A stretch of 63,908 bases of DNA, filler included, from Chiloscyllium plagiosum (lineage: Eukaryota): assembly GCF_004010195.1 (NCBI RefSeq). It is 6 parts of one record of this genome, joined end to end, with 100 filler letters (N's around TTAATTAATTAA, not from the genome) between each part and the next. Parts side by side here need not be neighbours in the genome. Positions count along the whole stretch, not along the records: positions 1 to 20,965 come from NC_057710.1; positions 21,066 to 36,387 come from NC_057710.1; 4 more parts are not named here. One strand, written 5' to 3'. The stretch's first letter is position 1, and each line of letters starts with the position of its first letter. The notes below the pieces were generated by a model. The model searched no databases. It saw only the letters and a list, made by a program, of their open reading frames with translations, and was not told the DNA's origin. Made by a program: the position numbers and the translations under genes. Of the stretch, positions 12,916 to 25,904 are shown one piece after another.

Positions 12916-13379
12916 ATTGGCTTCCAATTGAAAGAGTCACCAGGAACATTGGCAGTTGTCAGCAGGCTCTGCAGCTACCAGAAGCCCAGGATCATTGAGA
13001 TACTAGGCCAGGTAACAGGTGAGTAAGGTCAAGATGGTGGTTTCAGGGAAGAGCTGGCTGGCTGTGTTGCAAATGAGCTGTCACTACTGTTCACATTCCG
13101 ATTTCCAGGTGTCTCGAAGAAGCACCATCACCACCACCACCCTTCTTCTACAGCAGAACCCCTAAGAACCTGCAAGAAAATCCAATTTGATTAAACCTTT
13201 CTTCCCCAGGCTTAATCAGAATAGGAAAGCATTGGTATCTCCATCTCACACTCTGTCACCCAATTAAATGATACCCCAGCATTAAATTTTGCCCTACACT
13301 TCTGTAGTGACTTATTCAGAGCACTTTGAACTTTGGGATATCATTAAGTGTGAATGTAAATCTTTATTTTTAAATCTTC

Positions 13380-15372
13380 TCTGGAACTTAAAAGAAAGAA
13401 AAGTGATTGCTTTGAAAGAAAAACTCTGAAAGAAGTATGTACTAAAAGATTCTTTCTCCTGAAAGACAACCATCTCACGGAAGAAACCCAAAAAACCATC
13501 AGACAGCCAGTTGCACCAACATTAAGCGGGAAAAAGGAAGAAAACACACTCAATACACAAGAAAGGAAAGCACTAGAAAGACTAAAAAAAGATAAAAACA
13601 TTGTCATCCTACTTACAGACAAAGGACACTTGACAGTCATTTTCAATCAAAGAGACTACATTGAGAAAGTGAATACAACACTTACCAACAAGTAGCGATA
13701 GACCCAACCCCACAACTAGAGAACTGAACGACAGCACTACTCAAAAAACTGTCAGAAAAAAAAAGACTGACTTCCAAAAAATGAAACCAGATGGATCCAA
13801 CACACCACGCTTCTCAGATTACACAAAATTCATAAACCAGGAGCCCCCCTCAGATCCATAGTCTCATTACTGGGAACACCAACTTACAGACTGGCCAAGG
13901 AGTTACACTAAAAATTAAAACACTTAGTAGTAGACTCATGCCACTCTATCCACTCCACGCAAGAATTCCTGAAGACCAAAGACACCAAGACACCAAAGAT
14001 TTTAAAAATAAAAAATAAAGAAGAGGGTGAAATAATGGTCTCCTTTGACTTAACAGCCCTGTTCACATCCATCAATGTTCACCTGGCCAAGGAAACACTG
14101 ACTACACTATTAGAAGAACCAAAGACACCAAACATCATTAACTTAATCAGGAAGGACAATATTGTCAAGCTGGTGGACCTATGCTTTACCACCAACTTCA
14201 CCTTCAACAACAAAACCTACAGACAAACCAACGGAACACCCATCTGATCCCCAATATCAAGGTTCTTAGTAGTGGCAGTAATGCAGAGACTCAAACAAAT
14301 AGCTCTGCCAACCATCCAACCCAAACATTGGGTCCGCCACGTTGATGACACCGTTGTCATCATTAAACAAAACAAATTAGAAGAAACTTTCAAGACCATC
14401 AATAATACCCTTACTGGCATAAAATTCATTATAGAGGAGGAAAACAACAACAAACTGCCAGTCCTAGATGTCACAGTAGAACAAACAGCCAATGGAAAAT
14501 TTCAAGCCAGTGTCTACAGGAAAACGACACATACAGATCAAATACTGAACTGTAGAAGCAATCACCCCAACACCCACAAATGGAGCTGCATTAGAACATT
14601 ATTTCAATGAGCCATCACATACTGCAACACAGAGGAACTAATCACCTAAACAGTGTATTCAAAAAGAACGGGTACCCAATGAACACAGTCTGCTAATTTG
14701 TCAGCAACAAACCCAACAAGTAGATAAAACATGTCCAGAAACCCTCGCCACACTCCCCTATATTAAAGACATCTTGAAAATGACTGCCAGACTACTCAGA
14801 CCTCTTGCCATCATGGTAGCCCACAAACCCTCCAACATACTAAAACAGCAGCTAATGAACTTGAAAGATGCCATACAGAATACAAGCAAAACTAATGTCA
14901 TTTACAAGATACCTTGCAAGACCTGTAACAAACACTACATTGGACAAATAGGCAGAAAACTACCCACCAGGATACATGAACACCAACTAGCCACAAAACA
15001 TCATGACCCACTCTTACTAGTTTCCTTACATACAGATGAGGAAGGACACCACTTCAACTGGGAGAACACATCCATCACGCACGAGAATTCCTAGAAGCAT
15101 GGCATTCCAACCGAAACTCTATCAGCAAACACATTGACTTGGATCCCATTTACTACCTGCTGAGAAAAAGAACAGGAAGTGACATCACCACAGGAAATGA
15201 CATCACCAACCCAAGGAAACCTAAATATGTGAATAGAAAGTGGACCATGCCACCAGTGCTCCATCCAGAGGCTCACTGATGATGGTGATGAAACCTCTAA
15301 AAAAATCTTCCAGCTCAGCAAGCAAACCTACATCCAGAACCTCAACCTGACCTACAAATATTCTCAAAACTC
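13380..15372 (+). mobile_element. Penelope-like element (family 3), frameshifted
   Basis: MVSFDLTALFTSI and WVRHVDDT RT motifs; NVIYKIPCKTCNKHYIGQIGRKLPTRIHEH GIY-YIG motif; decayed hammerhead-like ctgatga...gaaac at ~15275-15296. Confidence 0.9.
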
Positions 15373-16431
15373 ATGAAATCTTTCTCCTGTCTGTAAGGTC
15401 TGAAATGATAAAGTGTAGTCCTACAAGAAGGGATGAGCCATTTAGGACTGAGATAATGATAGATGTCTTCACTTAAAGGGTTGTGAATCTTTTGGAATTG
15501 TCTACCCCAGAGGGCTATCAGCACTCTGTTTCTAAGCACATTAAAGAATGAGACTGATAGATTGTTGGACTCTAAGGAAATCAAGGGATATGTGGATAGC
15601 TAGACAAGTGGAATTGGTGACAAACAAAGAATGTGGTGCTTGTTTCAGGTTTCCAGCATCAGCAGTATTCTGCTTTTATTGAAATGGAATAAATGTAGGT
15701 GTTCAAAAATAATCTTATTGAATGGCAGAGGAGGCAGTACCATTCATGACTCCTTAGATACTGAAGCAGCTTGTGTCCATATACAACAAGACCTGGGCTG
15801 ATATGTGGCAAGTAATATTTGTGCCTCCTCTAGATGGAATGTATTTGGATTTCCAGAAGTCATTTGATAATGTGCCATGTAAAAGGTTATTGCACTGGAT
15901 AGGTGCTCATTGTATTGGGAGTAAAATATGAGTATGGATTGAGAATTGGTTAACATACAAACACTACAACCGGGAATAATAAGTATTTTTCAAGTTGGAA
16001 AGCTGTAACTGAGGGAGTTCTGCAAAGATCAGTCCGAGGGACTCAATAATTTACTTATTTATAATGATGGCCTGGAGGTGGAGTGGGATGTAACATCCAA
16101 ATTGCTGATGATACAAAACTGTTTGGGAGGATCTGTGTGATAAGGACATAAAGCATATACTAGTCTGAGTGAGTGGGCAAAAGCTAGGCAGACAGAATTT
16201 ATTGTAGGAAAGTTTTGGGTCATGCACTTTGGTAGGAAGAATGCAAAGGAAGACCATTATTTAAATGGAAAGAGAGACTCCAAAGAAAGTGCAACACAGA
16301 GGGATCTGACATTTTTGTGCATGAAACCTAAACAACTTAGCATGAAGATGCAGTAAGTAATTAAAAAGGCAAATAGGATTTAGGCAAAAATATTTCCGAA
16401 CATTACTGCAAACAATAGAGACAACTTTATG

Positions 16432-16640
16432 GGCTGCACCTGGAGATCAGAGTCAGAAAGTGTGGCACTGGAAAAGCACAACCAGTCAGGCAGCATCCGA
16501 GGAGCAGGAGATTCGACGTTTCAAGCATAAGCTCTTCATCAGGATTCCTGATGAAAAGCTTATGCTCGAAATGTTGACCGTCCTGACCCTCAGATGCTAC
16601 CTGACCAGCTGTGCTTTTCCAGCACCCCACTTTTTGATCC
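16432..16640. mobile_element. Penelope-terminus fold-back with hammerhead cores on both strands
   Basis: Centre aggattcct 16541-16549; plus CTGATGA 16548-16554 and GAAA 16568-16571; minus core at 16515-16542. Confidence 0.8.
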
Positions 16641-17164
16641 TGGACTACTAATTGCAGTTTTAGTCCCCGTATTTAAGAAAGGACATACTGACATTTGTCA
16701 TTGTCATTGCTAACATGTATGTTTTTTATGTTTAGGGGCATTTAGACAGACTTGAATAGGTGTCGTTTAGAGGGATATGGACCAAGTGTAGGCAGATGGG
16801 ATTGGTTTAGAATGGCATCGTTGTTGGCACAGACATGGTGGGCTGAAGGACCTTTTCCTGTACTGTACTGTTCCATGTTCTCTGTTCTACATCCAACCAG
16901 GAAATTCTGTGTCTCTGGTAATGGATTCTGTGTGTTCTTGCGTGGCTGATGAGCCTGATATCAGAGCCACATCGGTGACCACACAATGTTGGCTTTGGAG
17001 GCAGTTCAAAATACTTCTTGAGAATAGCTAACGAGGTTATTATTCATTAGGATTTAGAAGAATTCAGGGTGATCTTATTGAAGCATACAATATTCTGAGG
17101 GGGTTTCACAGAGTAGATGTTGACATGTTTCCAGTGGCGGGGAATGTTGAACCAGGGTTATAGT

Positions 17165-17262
17165 TACAGTTAAGAGTGTGGTGCTGCAAAAGCACAGCAG
17201 GTCAGGCAGCATCCAAGGAGCAGAAGAGTCAACGTTTTGGGCAAAAGCCCTTCATCGGGAAT
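17165..17262 (-). mobile_element. Penelope terminus half-copy
   Basis: Matches one arm of the fold-back elements; hammerhead core mutated. Confidence 0.7.
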
Positions 17263-18165
17263 ACTGTGTAAGGGGATGTTAATTTAAAACTGAGAAGCAA
17301 AGGAATTTATTCACCCAGGGGATAGTGAATGTCTGGAATTCTCTACCTTGGAGACCTGTGGAGTCAAGATCACTAAGTATTTAAAGAGGAGGTGGATAGA
17401 TTTTTGAAGAGTTGTGGACTATGAGGAGCATACACAAAAGAGGAGTTGATGCCTGAAGATCACCTACGATTGTAGAGAATGGAAAGGCAGGCTTTAAGGG
17501 TCTGAATGGCATATTCCTCTTCTTATTTATTAGTTCTCATGTTCAACAGTGCCACGTGATGACCATCACAAACAAGCAAGAATCTAACCGTTGCCACTTG
17601 ATGTTAAATTGCATTGCCATCACTGAATTTTCCCATCGATATCCTTGGGGTTACAATTGACCAGAAGCTGAACTGGACCAACCACTTATTGTATGCTATG
17701 ACTGTATGACTCTGTACACTCAAGACACTTAGCGTCACCCAGAACAAAGCAGCCTGGGTGGTGCCATCTACAAAATACATTGCAGTCATACACCAAGGTG
17801 TGTAGTGTGTGCAGTGTGTGTGTGTCTACTTCCTTCCTATACACCCAGGAACTATAGAGATTCAGGATGGGCAATTAGAGATGGCAACAATATTGGACAA
17901 ACAAACATTGCTGGAGAAACTCTGCAGGTCTGGCAGCACTTGTGTGAGAAAGCAGAGTCAACATTTCGGGTCCAGTAACAGCTCTTCACAATCAGCAATG
18001 ATGACGTGAAAAAAAATCAATTGCTGCCACTTAATTTGTCATATTACAATTCTGAATGACAGAGAACTATGAAAACTGTTTCATTCATTTTGTAAACTAA
18101 ACCATAGGAACACCATTCTGTGGCTTTTCTGATAATGTAAGAAAGCTGTTGTATCTGTAGAGTGT

Positions 18166-19631
18166 ACCCTTCCACCGACACTCTCATTCGTTTGGCTGAA
18201 ATTGTCCTCACCCTTAACAATTTTTCCTTTGAATCCTCCCACTTTCTCCAAACCAAAGGGGTAGCCATGTGCACCCATATGGGCCCCAGCTACGCCTGTC
18301 GCTTTGTCGGCTACGTAGAACAGTCCATCTTCTGTAGTTACACCGGCACCACTCCCGACCTCTTCCTCTGCTACATTGATGACTGCATTAGCACCACCTC
18401 GTGCTCCCGCGAGGAGGTTGAGCAATACATCAACTTCACCAGCACATTCCACCCTGATCTTAAATTTACCTGGACCATCTCTGACACCTCTCTCCCCTTC
18501 CTGGACCTCTCCATCTCCATTAATGATGACCGACTTGACACTGACATTTTTTACAAATCCACCAACTCCCACAGCTACCTGGATTATACCTCTTCCCACC
18601 CCACCTCCTGCAAAAATGCCATGCCGTATTCCCAATTCCTTTGCCTTTACCGTATCTGCTCCCAGGAGGACCAGTTCCACCACAGAACACACCAGATGGC
18701 CTCCTTCTTTACAGACCGCAATTTCCCTTCCCACGTAGTTAAAGATGCCCTCCATTGCATCTTATCCACATCCCGCCCCTCTGCCCTCAAGCCCTAACCC
18801 TCCAACCGAAACAAGGACAGAACCCCCCTGGTGCTTACCTTCCACCCTACCAACCTTCACATAAACCACATCAACCAACGACATTTCCGCCATCTCCAAA
18901 CGGACCCCACCACCAGGGATATATTTCCCTTCCCACCCCTTTCCGCTTTCCGTAAAGACTGTACTCGATGCTACTTTCTGTGACTACCTGGTCAGGTCCA
19001 TGCTCCCCTATAACCCACCCTCCCGTCCTGGCACTCTCCCCTGCCACCGCAGAAATTCCAAAACCTGTGCCCACACCTCCTCCCTCACCTCCATCCAAGG
19101 CCCCAAAGGAGCTTTCCACATCCATCAAAGTTTCACCTGCACATCTACCAATATCATTTATTGTATTCGTTGCTCCCTATGCGGTCTCCTCTACATTGGG
19201 AAGACTGGACGCCTCCTAGTAGAGTGCTTTAGGAAACATCTCCGGACACCCGCACCAATCAACCACACCACCCTGTGGCCCAACATTTCAACTCCCCCTC
19301 CCACTCTGCCGAGGACATGGAGGTCCTGGGCCTTCTCCACCTCCACTTCCTCACCACCCGACGCCTGGAGGAAGAACGCCTCATCTTCCGCCTTGGAACA
19401 CTTCAACTCCATGGCATTAATGTGGATTTCACCAGTTTCCTCATCTCCCCTTCCCCCACCTCACCCCAGCTGCAGCCTTCCAGCTCAGCACCATCCTCAT
19501 GACCTGTTCTACCTGCCTATCTTCCTTCCCACCTATCCACTCCAGGGCTTTTTCCCGAAACGTCGATTTTCCTGCTCCTCGGATGCTGCCTGACCTGCCA
19601 TGCTTTTCCAGCACTACTCTAACCTAGACTC
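18166..19631 (+). mobile_element. 5'-truncated Penelope-like element (family 1) with TSD
   Basis: RT motif FLCYIDDC (ORF 18162-18797); GIY-YIG IYCIRCSLCGLLYIGKTGR (ORF 19000-19593); exact 14-bp TSD tatctgtagagtgt at 18152-18165 and 19632-19645. Confidence 0.93.
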
Positions 19632-20209
19632 TATCTGTAGAGTGTGAAAACCAGCATCTGAGGTCAGATATCATCCTTGATAAACATGGAGATCTGTAAC
19701 ACAACCAAGAGAGGGAGAAACACACAGAAGTGAGAAAGGAAACATATTTGTGCTGCAATATTGGTATCTTATGATCACATGGGGTTATGGCGTTATACAT
19801 CAGCTTGGACTGAGGACTGACAGAAATTAAAGTTTAACAACATGATTCTCAGTCAGTATTGGCATTTTTTCAGTGATAAATTTTGAGCATTACATTTTTT
19901 AAATGAAGTTATTCAATGGTAATGGCACAGTTAGTGGCTTTAAAGTGAATTGGTTCCAGTAAAAAAAAACCACATACCACCTTGGCTGAGTTGATGCAAG
20001 CACCCTTTTGATTCTCTGCCTTTTCAACCAGCTGTGTGGGCGTGTCACAGAAGTGGGAAGCCATAGACGCTGTGGGCCAGGCAACTGTGCTCTGTGCCTT
20101 TGTTGCAATGCCTTGTCTTTTTGAGAACATGAATACACAAGATACATTCTTTCCTCTTTGGCATTTTCCTTCCTTTAAAAATAATCAATTTTATGCTATT
20201 GCAAACAAT

Positions 20210-20715
20210 GTTATTACCAGCCTGCACCTCCTGGTGCACCGACAGAGTGTCTTTCAGATAAGATGATAAACCAAGACTCTTTCATATCTTTTAAATGAAA
20301 AGATGGACTTGCATTTATTTGACTCAAGATGTATCAAGAACAATGCTTGAGGTGCTTCTGAATGGCAGCCATAGTTAATATGTAGGAGGCACAGAAACCA
20401 ATGTGCACACAGCAAGGTCCCACAAATAGCAAAGGGAACATATCATCAGGTAATTTGTTTATAGCAATGATGGTTGAGCGATAAATATTGATCAGGACAC
20501 TTGAGAGAACTCCCCTGCTGGGTTGTTTGAAATAATGGATAAACCCTATACATTAAAATCACCTGAAAGAACAGACGGAGACTTGGTTTAAAGTCTCATC
20601 TGAAAGACACTAACAGTGCAGCTTTCCCTGAGTACAGTTCAAATTATCTGCTCAAAACCCTGCAGTGACACCTGAACCCAAAACTATTAAACTTAGTGAG
20701 AAGTGCTATCATTGA
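20210..20715 (-). mobile_element. Deu-domain SINE (SacSINE1/AmnSINE1-like), degenerate
   Basis: gtgcacacagcaaggtcccacaaa...gataaatattgatcaggacac...gagaactcccctgct resembles the reversed Deu domain; tRNA-like head near 20670-20715. Confidence 0.6.
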
Positions 20716-20820
20716 ATAGCAGCTATCATCCAAAGTTCAAAATATAGTTGTGTAAATAATCCATTAAAGTCCATAGGATAATCTTGGCCATTTTTCAGAG
20801 AAAAATATTGTATTATCTGA

Positions 20821-21626
20821 TTTTTTTTTAAAAGATATTTTTATTAGAAATTTAACATTTTTACAAGTTTACAAAAATAAACAAAACTCTCAGATATAAA
20901 CATTGATATACAATTAGCTCAAATATACAATAGCCAAAATTTGACAAAAAAAAACAAAACAACAANNNNNNNNNNNNNNNNNNNNNNNNNNNNNNNNNNN
21001 NNNNNNNNNTTAATTAATTAANNNNNNNNNNNNNNNNNNNNNNNNNNNNNNNNNNNNNNNNNNNNCGACCTCGATTATCGAGGTTGTCAATATGATTTTC
21101 CAAGGTCCGGACTCGCTGCTCGAGAGTCCGGACTTGATCCACGGCCGATTGAGCGGTTGTCTCCGAGGTCGCGGCCTTTAGCTCCGCCCCTCCGACTCGG
21201 CTTTGAATTTCTTCAATTTCACGGTCGTGCTTCTGCAGCGCGGCCGAGAGCGACTCCCAACGATTTCTGGATTTGACGATAAAGGCATCGATCTTCGAGT
21301 CAAGCTTGGAAAGCATTTCTGCAAGACTTGCTACTGTAGGTAAGTTCCTCGGGGCGGCTGTGGACGCCTCTGCTGCAGCTGTAGAGTGTGGGGGAGGGGT
21401 TCCTGCTTGCTGAGAGCCTCGGGCTCCTTTCCCTTTAGTCATTTTAACTTAGGATAAAGTTGCTTAAATGTAATATTACACAACTAATTGAGTTACTAAA
21501 CTATTATAAATGATTTATAAATGATTTGGTGAGCTTGGTAGGGGGTAGGTGACCCACTGTGCCCAAGTCTTGGGAGGAGCACTATAGACTCAGCCTTACT
21601 GGGTCGCCGCCATCTTGGATCCCCCC
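20821..21626 (-). mobile_element. L1-clade LINE, both termini present, interior lost in a gap
   Basis: 5' GGGGGGATCCAAGATGGCGGCG; coiled-coil ORF1 21014-21442 ending IDNLDNRG; AATAAA plus A-tail at 20821-20845; TSD atctgattt at 20815-20823 and 21627-21635. Confidence 0.85.
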
Positions 21627-21739
21627 ATCTGATTTGTTAACTGGACCAAAAGATGTCCATAGACAACAATAGAAGCTACCTTAGTTGTCATTTTGCACAT
21701 TTTTGTTCTCTCTCTTTTCTTAAAATAGCCCGTTTTTAA

Positions 21740-22720
21740 AAAGTAATTAGAATAAAGTGAAAAGAGCAGTGAATTTAGAGAGTGGTTAATTAATAAGTAA
21801 ACTATGATAGTGATGACAGGATGGGTGATGTGTAGCATGTGGAAGCTGTTGGGTGCCAAGCTGATCCAGGGCAAACACAGCTGAAGGAACTTTGAATCCG
21901 AGTTGAGGAGTTGGAGTCTGAACTACAAACACTGAACCACATCAGGAAAACGTTACCTCAAATTTTATTCCAGAAAGTGTCCACATCCCTTTCACAAAGT
22001 AATTCAAATTTGATTGTGATCAGGGACAGGGAGAGTGTGACTGTAGGTGACGCAAATATGAAAAGAAAGAAACTTATGTTTGAGGAGCCTCAGGCCCTGC
22101 AATTGTCCTAACAGTTATGAGAACCTCAGATGTGTGAATGAGAATGGGGACAGCAAGGAGGATAAGCAAACAGACCACAGCACCATTACACAGAGCCATT
22201 CAAGTGAGAGAAGGAAATAGGAACATAGTAGTGATAGGGGACAGTATAATTTGTAAATTAAATACTGTTCTCTGCAGCCAAGCATGAGCCTTGAAGGCTG
22301 GACTGCTCGCCTGGTGTCAGGTTTAAGGGCATCAAGGTAGGAGAGAGGCTTAGAACAGGAGGGGATGGATCCAGTTGTTGGCCACACTGGTACAAATAAC
22401 ATTGACAGAAGTGGAAAAGAGGTTCTGCTGAAAGAATTTGAACAGTTAGGAGCTAGATTAAAAAAGCAGAACCATCAATGTAATAATCTCTGCATTACTA
22501 CCTGAGCCACCAGCAACTGACATAGGACAAGTAGAGTCAAATTGTGAAAGGTGGGTGCGGCTGGAATAGGTTTCAATTCATGGGCGCTGGCACATGTACT
22601 GGGGGAGAAAGGAACTGTTCTGGTATGTAAGCTTCACTTGAACTGTGCTGAGACCAGTGTCTTGGCAAATTGAGTAATTGGGGCTGTAGAGAGGGGTTTA
22701 AACGAATGAGAGAGGAAGAG
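21740..22720 (+). mobile_element. degenerate CR1 ORF1 region
   Basis: VEELESELQTLNHIR coiled coil, IVVIGDSI-like esterase motif and CSPGVR-like segment. Confidence 0.65.
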
Positions 22721-22909
22721 AGTTTGGGAGAAGGAAAAGTGTGGTCTTAAAAAGCAACAGGATAAGGCAGAATTACAGGTTGTTATTTGGAGAATGAAAC
22801 CCACAGTGGAACAGGAAGTGACAGAATGCACAAACCTAGGTAAACAGCAGCAACAAGATCAAAGGAGGGGAAAATGGTAAAAAAAGTAAAATCAATGGCT
22901 CTTTACTTA

Positions 22910-24170
22910 AATGAGGTGAGAGTGACAGCCCGTGACATTAAGGCTGCAGTCAATCGAGTGCGGCATGAAGGAGCCCTAGCAAAACTGGAATCAATGGATA
23001 ACAGGGGGAAAACTCTTTGGTGGTTGAAGTCATACCTGGCACATAGGAAGATGGTTGTGGTTGTTGGAGGTCAGTAATCTCAGCTCCAGGTCACCTGGAG
23101 TTCCTCAGGGTAGTATCCTCGGCCCAATCATCTTCAGCTGCTGCATCAATTACCTTCCCTCCATCGTAAGGCCAGAAGTGAGGATGTTCATTAGTGATCG
23201 CACACTGGTTCAGCTTCATTCGCAACTCCTCAGATACTTAAGCAGTCCATGTTCAAATGCAAAAATATCTGGACAATATCCAGGCTTGGGCTAGCAAGTG
23301 ACAAGTAACATTTGTGCCATACAAATGACAGGCTCTGACCATCACTAATAAGAGACAATCTACCACCCTGCAACCCCTCCCTGTGCTAATGAGAGTGGGG
23401 ATAGCAAGGAGGATGAGCAAACTGACCACAGCACCATGGTACAGGGAGCTATTCAAGCGAACGGAGGAAATAGGAACATAATAGTGGTTCTCCCCCCAAA
23501 CATTCAGTGGTGTAACCTCACTGAATCCCCCACTATCAACATCCTGGAGTTATCATTGACTAGAAACTCAACTGGAGTCGCCACATAAACATAGTGGCTA
23601 CAAGAGCAGGTCAGAAGTTAGTAATACTGCGGTGTGTAACTCACCTCCTGACCCCCCAAAGTCTGTCCACCATCGACAAGATGCAAGTCAGGACTGTGGT
23701 GGAATTCTTCTCACTTGCCTGGATGAGTGCAGCTCCAACACTCAAGAAGCTTGATACCATCCAGGACAAAGCAGCCTGCTTGATCAGCACTATATCTACA
23801 AACATTCACTCCTTCTACCACTGATGACCAGTAGTAGCAGTGTGCACTATCTACAAGATGCACTGCAGAAATTCACTAAAGGATCCTTAGATCACACCTT
23901 CCAAATCCATGGCCACTTTCAAATACAAGGGCAGAGAAATATTGGAACACTACCACCTGTAAGTTCCCCTCCAAGTCTCTCACTATCCTGACTTGGAAAT
24001 ATATTGCCATTCTTTCACTATTGCTGGATCAAATCCTGGAATTCCCTCCCAAACAGCATTGTGGGTCAAACCACAGCATGTGGACTGTAAGGGTTTGTAA
24101 GGGCAATTAGAGATGGGCAATAAAAAGGCTGGCCAGCCAGCGATACCCACATTCCACATGTAAATAAAAT
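22910..24170 (+). mobile_element. L2-like LINE (RT and 3' tail)
   Basis: DIKAAVNRVRHEGALAKL, GVPQGSILGP and LDTIQDKAACLI motifs; 3' tail gggcaataaa...gccagcgatacccacattcc. Confidence 0.8.
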
Positions 24171-25119
24171 ATTTAAAAATTACATTGTAGTTGGCAGGCA
24201 GAAAGTCTTTGTCATCAATAAATGGTGACTAGTCCACAATCAATCTAGTTATTGCTCATCAAATCTCTATTCATACACAGCCCCTTGGCTCCAGCTCATC
24301 CAGAATTAGGCTTTCTACACTACTTGAAGCAATAGCTAGATAAAAGGCACTTACAATGTATAAAATTTGCTTTTAAAAATTGCAACAATCCTTCAATGTT
24401 CTTTGGCTTTTAAACTAATCATTTCCCATTCCACAACCAAGAATACAGTAAAATTAAAATGTACGGTATCTACAATTATATTAAGCTTCATTAATCAAGG
24501 CAAGTGACAAGTATTCTACCATGATCCTGACTTGTCCCTTGAAAATAGTGAAGATTTTGAAAAGTCAGGAGGTGAATTACCACTAAATTTATACATACAT
24601 ACAAATATACAAAAAAGAGCAGAGTGGATCATTCAATAAAATCATGGCTGATCCACTTGTGTTTCAACTGTACTCAATACCCCATATACGGTCTCATCAA
24701 TGGCCATATAAAGCTCCAGTAAAACCTCCCTATTTTATTCTGCATTCCCCTTGCAATAGATGCCAACACCCATTTAATTCATACATGGGATATTTTGTCT
24801 TTCCTAATCTCTTGTATTTGCATACTAATATGGTTATTCTACCAGGATCACTAGATCCCTCTGTACCAGTGTTCTGCAATCTCTCGCCATTATACTGCTA
24901 AAGCGGACAAGTTAACATTTTCGTACATTATACATCACCTTCCAAGTTTTGCCCATTCATAACCTACCATATCCCTTTGCAATCTCTTCTTGGGAATTTA
25001 CTTTCCTACTTATCTGTTTCTTTGACGATATGACAAGCAGAGTTAAAAAAGGAGAACGAACAGATCTAGTGTATTTGGATTTTCAGACTACATTTGAAAT
25101 TATGTCTCATAAACAGTTT

Positions 25120-25403
25120 TGATTAGATTACTTAGTGTGGAAACAGGTCCTTCGGCTCAACAAGTCCACACCGACCTGACGAAGCACACCCACCCAGACC
25201 CATTCCCCTGCGTTTACCCCTTCACCTAACTCTACAGGCAATTGAGCATGGCCAATTCACCTAACCTGCACATTTTTGGACTGTGGGAGGAAACCCACGC
25301 AGACACAGGGAGAATGTGCAAACTCAACACAGTCAGTCACCTGAGGCAGGAATTGAACCCAAGTCTCTGGCGCTGTGAGGCAGCAGTGCTAACCACAGTG
25401 CCA
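25120..25403 (-). mobile_element. HE1-like V-SINE
   Basis: Closely similar to 8028-8330. Confidence 0.88.
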
Positions 25404-25904
25404 TCATGCAGCTATTGTACAGAATAGGAGGTCACAGTATTGGAATTAATATATTTGCACAGATTGAGGATTTGTTAAAACACAGAAGACAGACTGTTGG
25501 AATTGACTTTTTTTTCAGGTTGAGTAACAAATGGAATTCCACAAGGATTAAGTCCTAGACCCTCAAATGTTCACTATCTATATTGATAATCTGGAATTGG
25601 GACAGAATGTAACACATCCAAATTTGAAGATGCAAACATCAAAGGGCATATTGCAATAAGAACATAAGACATTTGCAAGGAGATATAGACAGGTTGAGTG
25701 AATGAGTGGGCAAAAACTAAGCAGATAGAGTTTAACGCAGGAAAGTGTGAGGTCATGCATTTTGGTAGAAGAATGAAATGGTTGATTGATATTTTAATGG
25801 AGAGAGACTCCAAAAATATGCAACCACACGGGGATCTGGATGTTCTTGTGCATGAAACACAAAAGGTTATCAGGCAGGTGCAACAAGTATTTAAAAAGGC
25901 AAAT

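Larger units (their letters stand above)
15385..17540 (+). mobile_element. cluster of old CR1 fragments with nested Penelope termini
   Basis: YLDFQKSFD-like and ADDTK motifs plus several CR1 3' tails. Confidence 0.65.

Noticed and set aside
18081..18755. 224-aa antisense ORF
   Set aside because: Shadow frame of the Penelope RT; no independent features.
21010..21021. TTAATTAATTAA palindrome recurring five times
   Set aside because: Always centred in exactly N44...N44; a synthetic scaffold spacer with stops in all frames, not biology.
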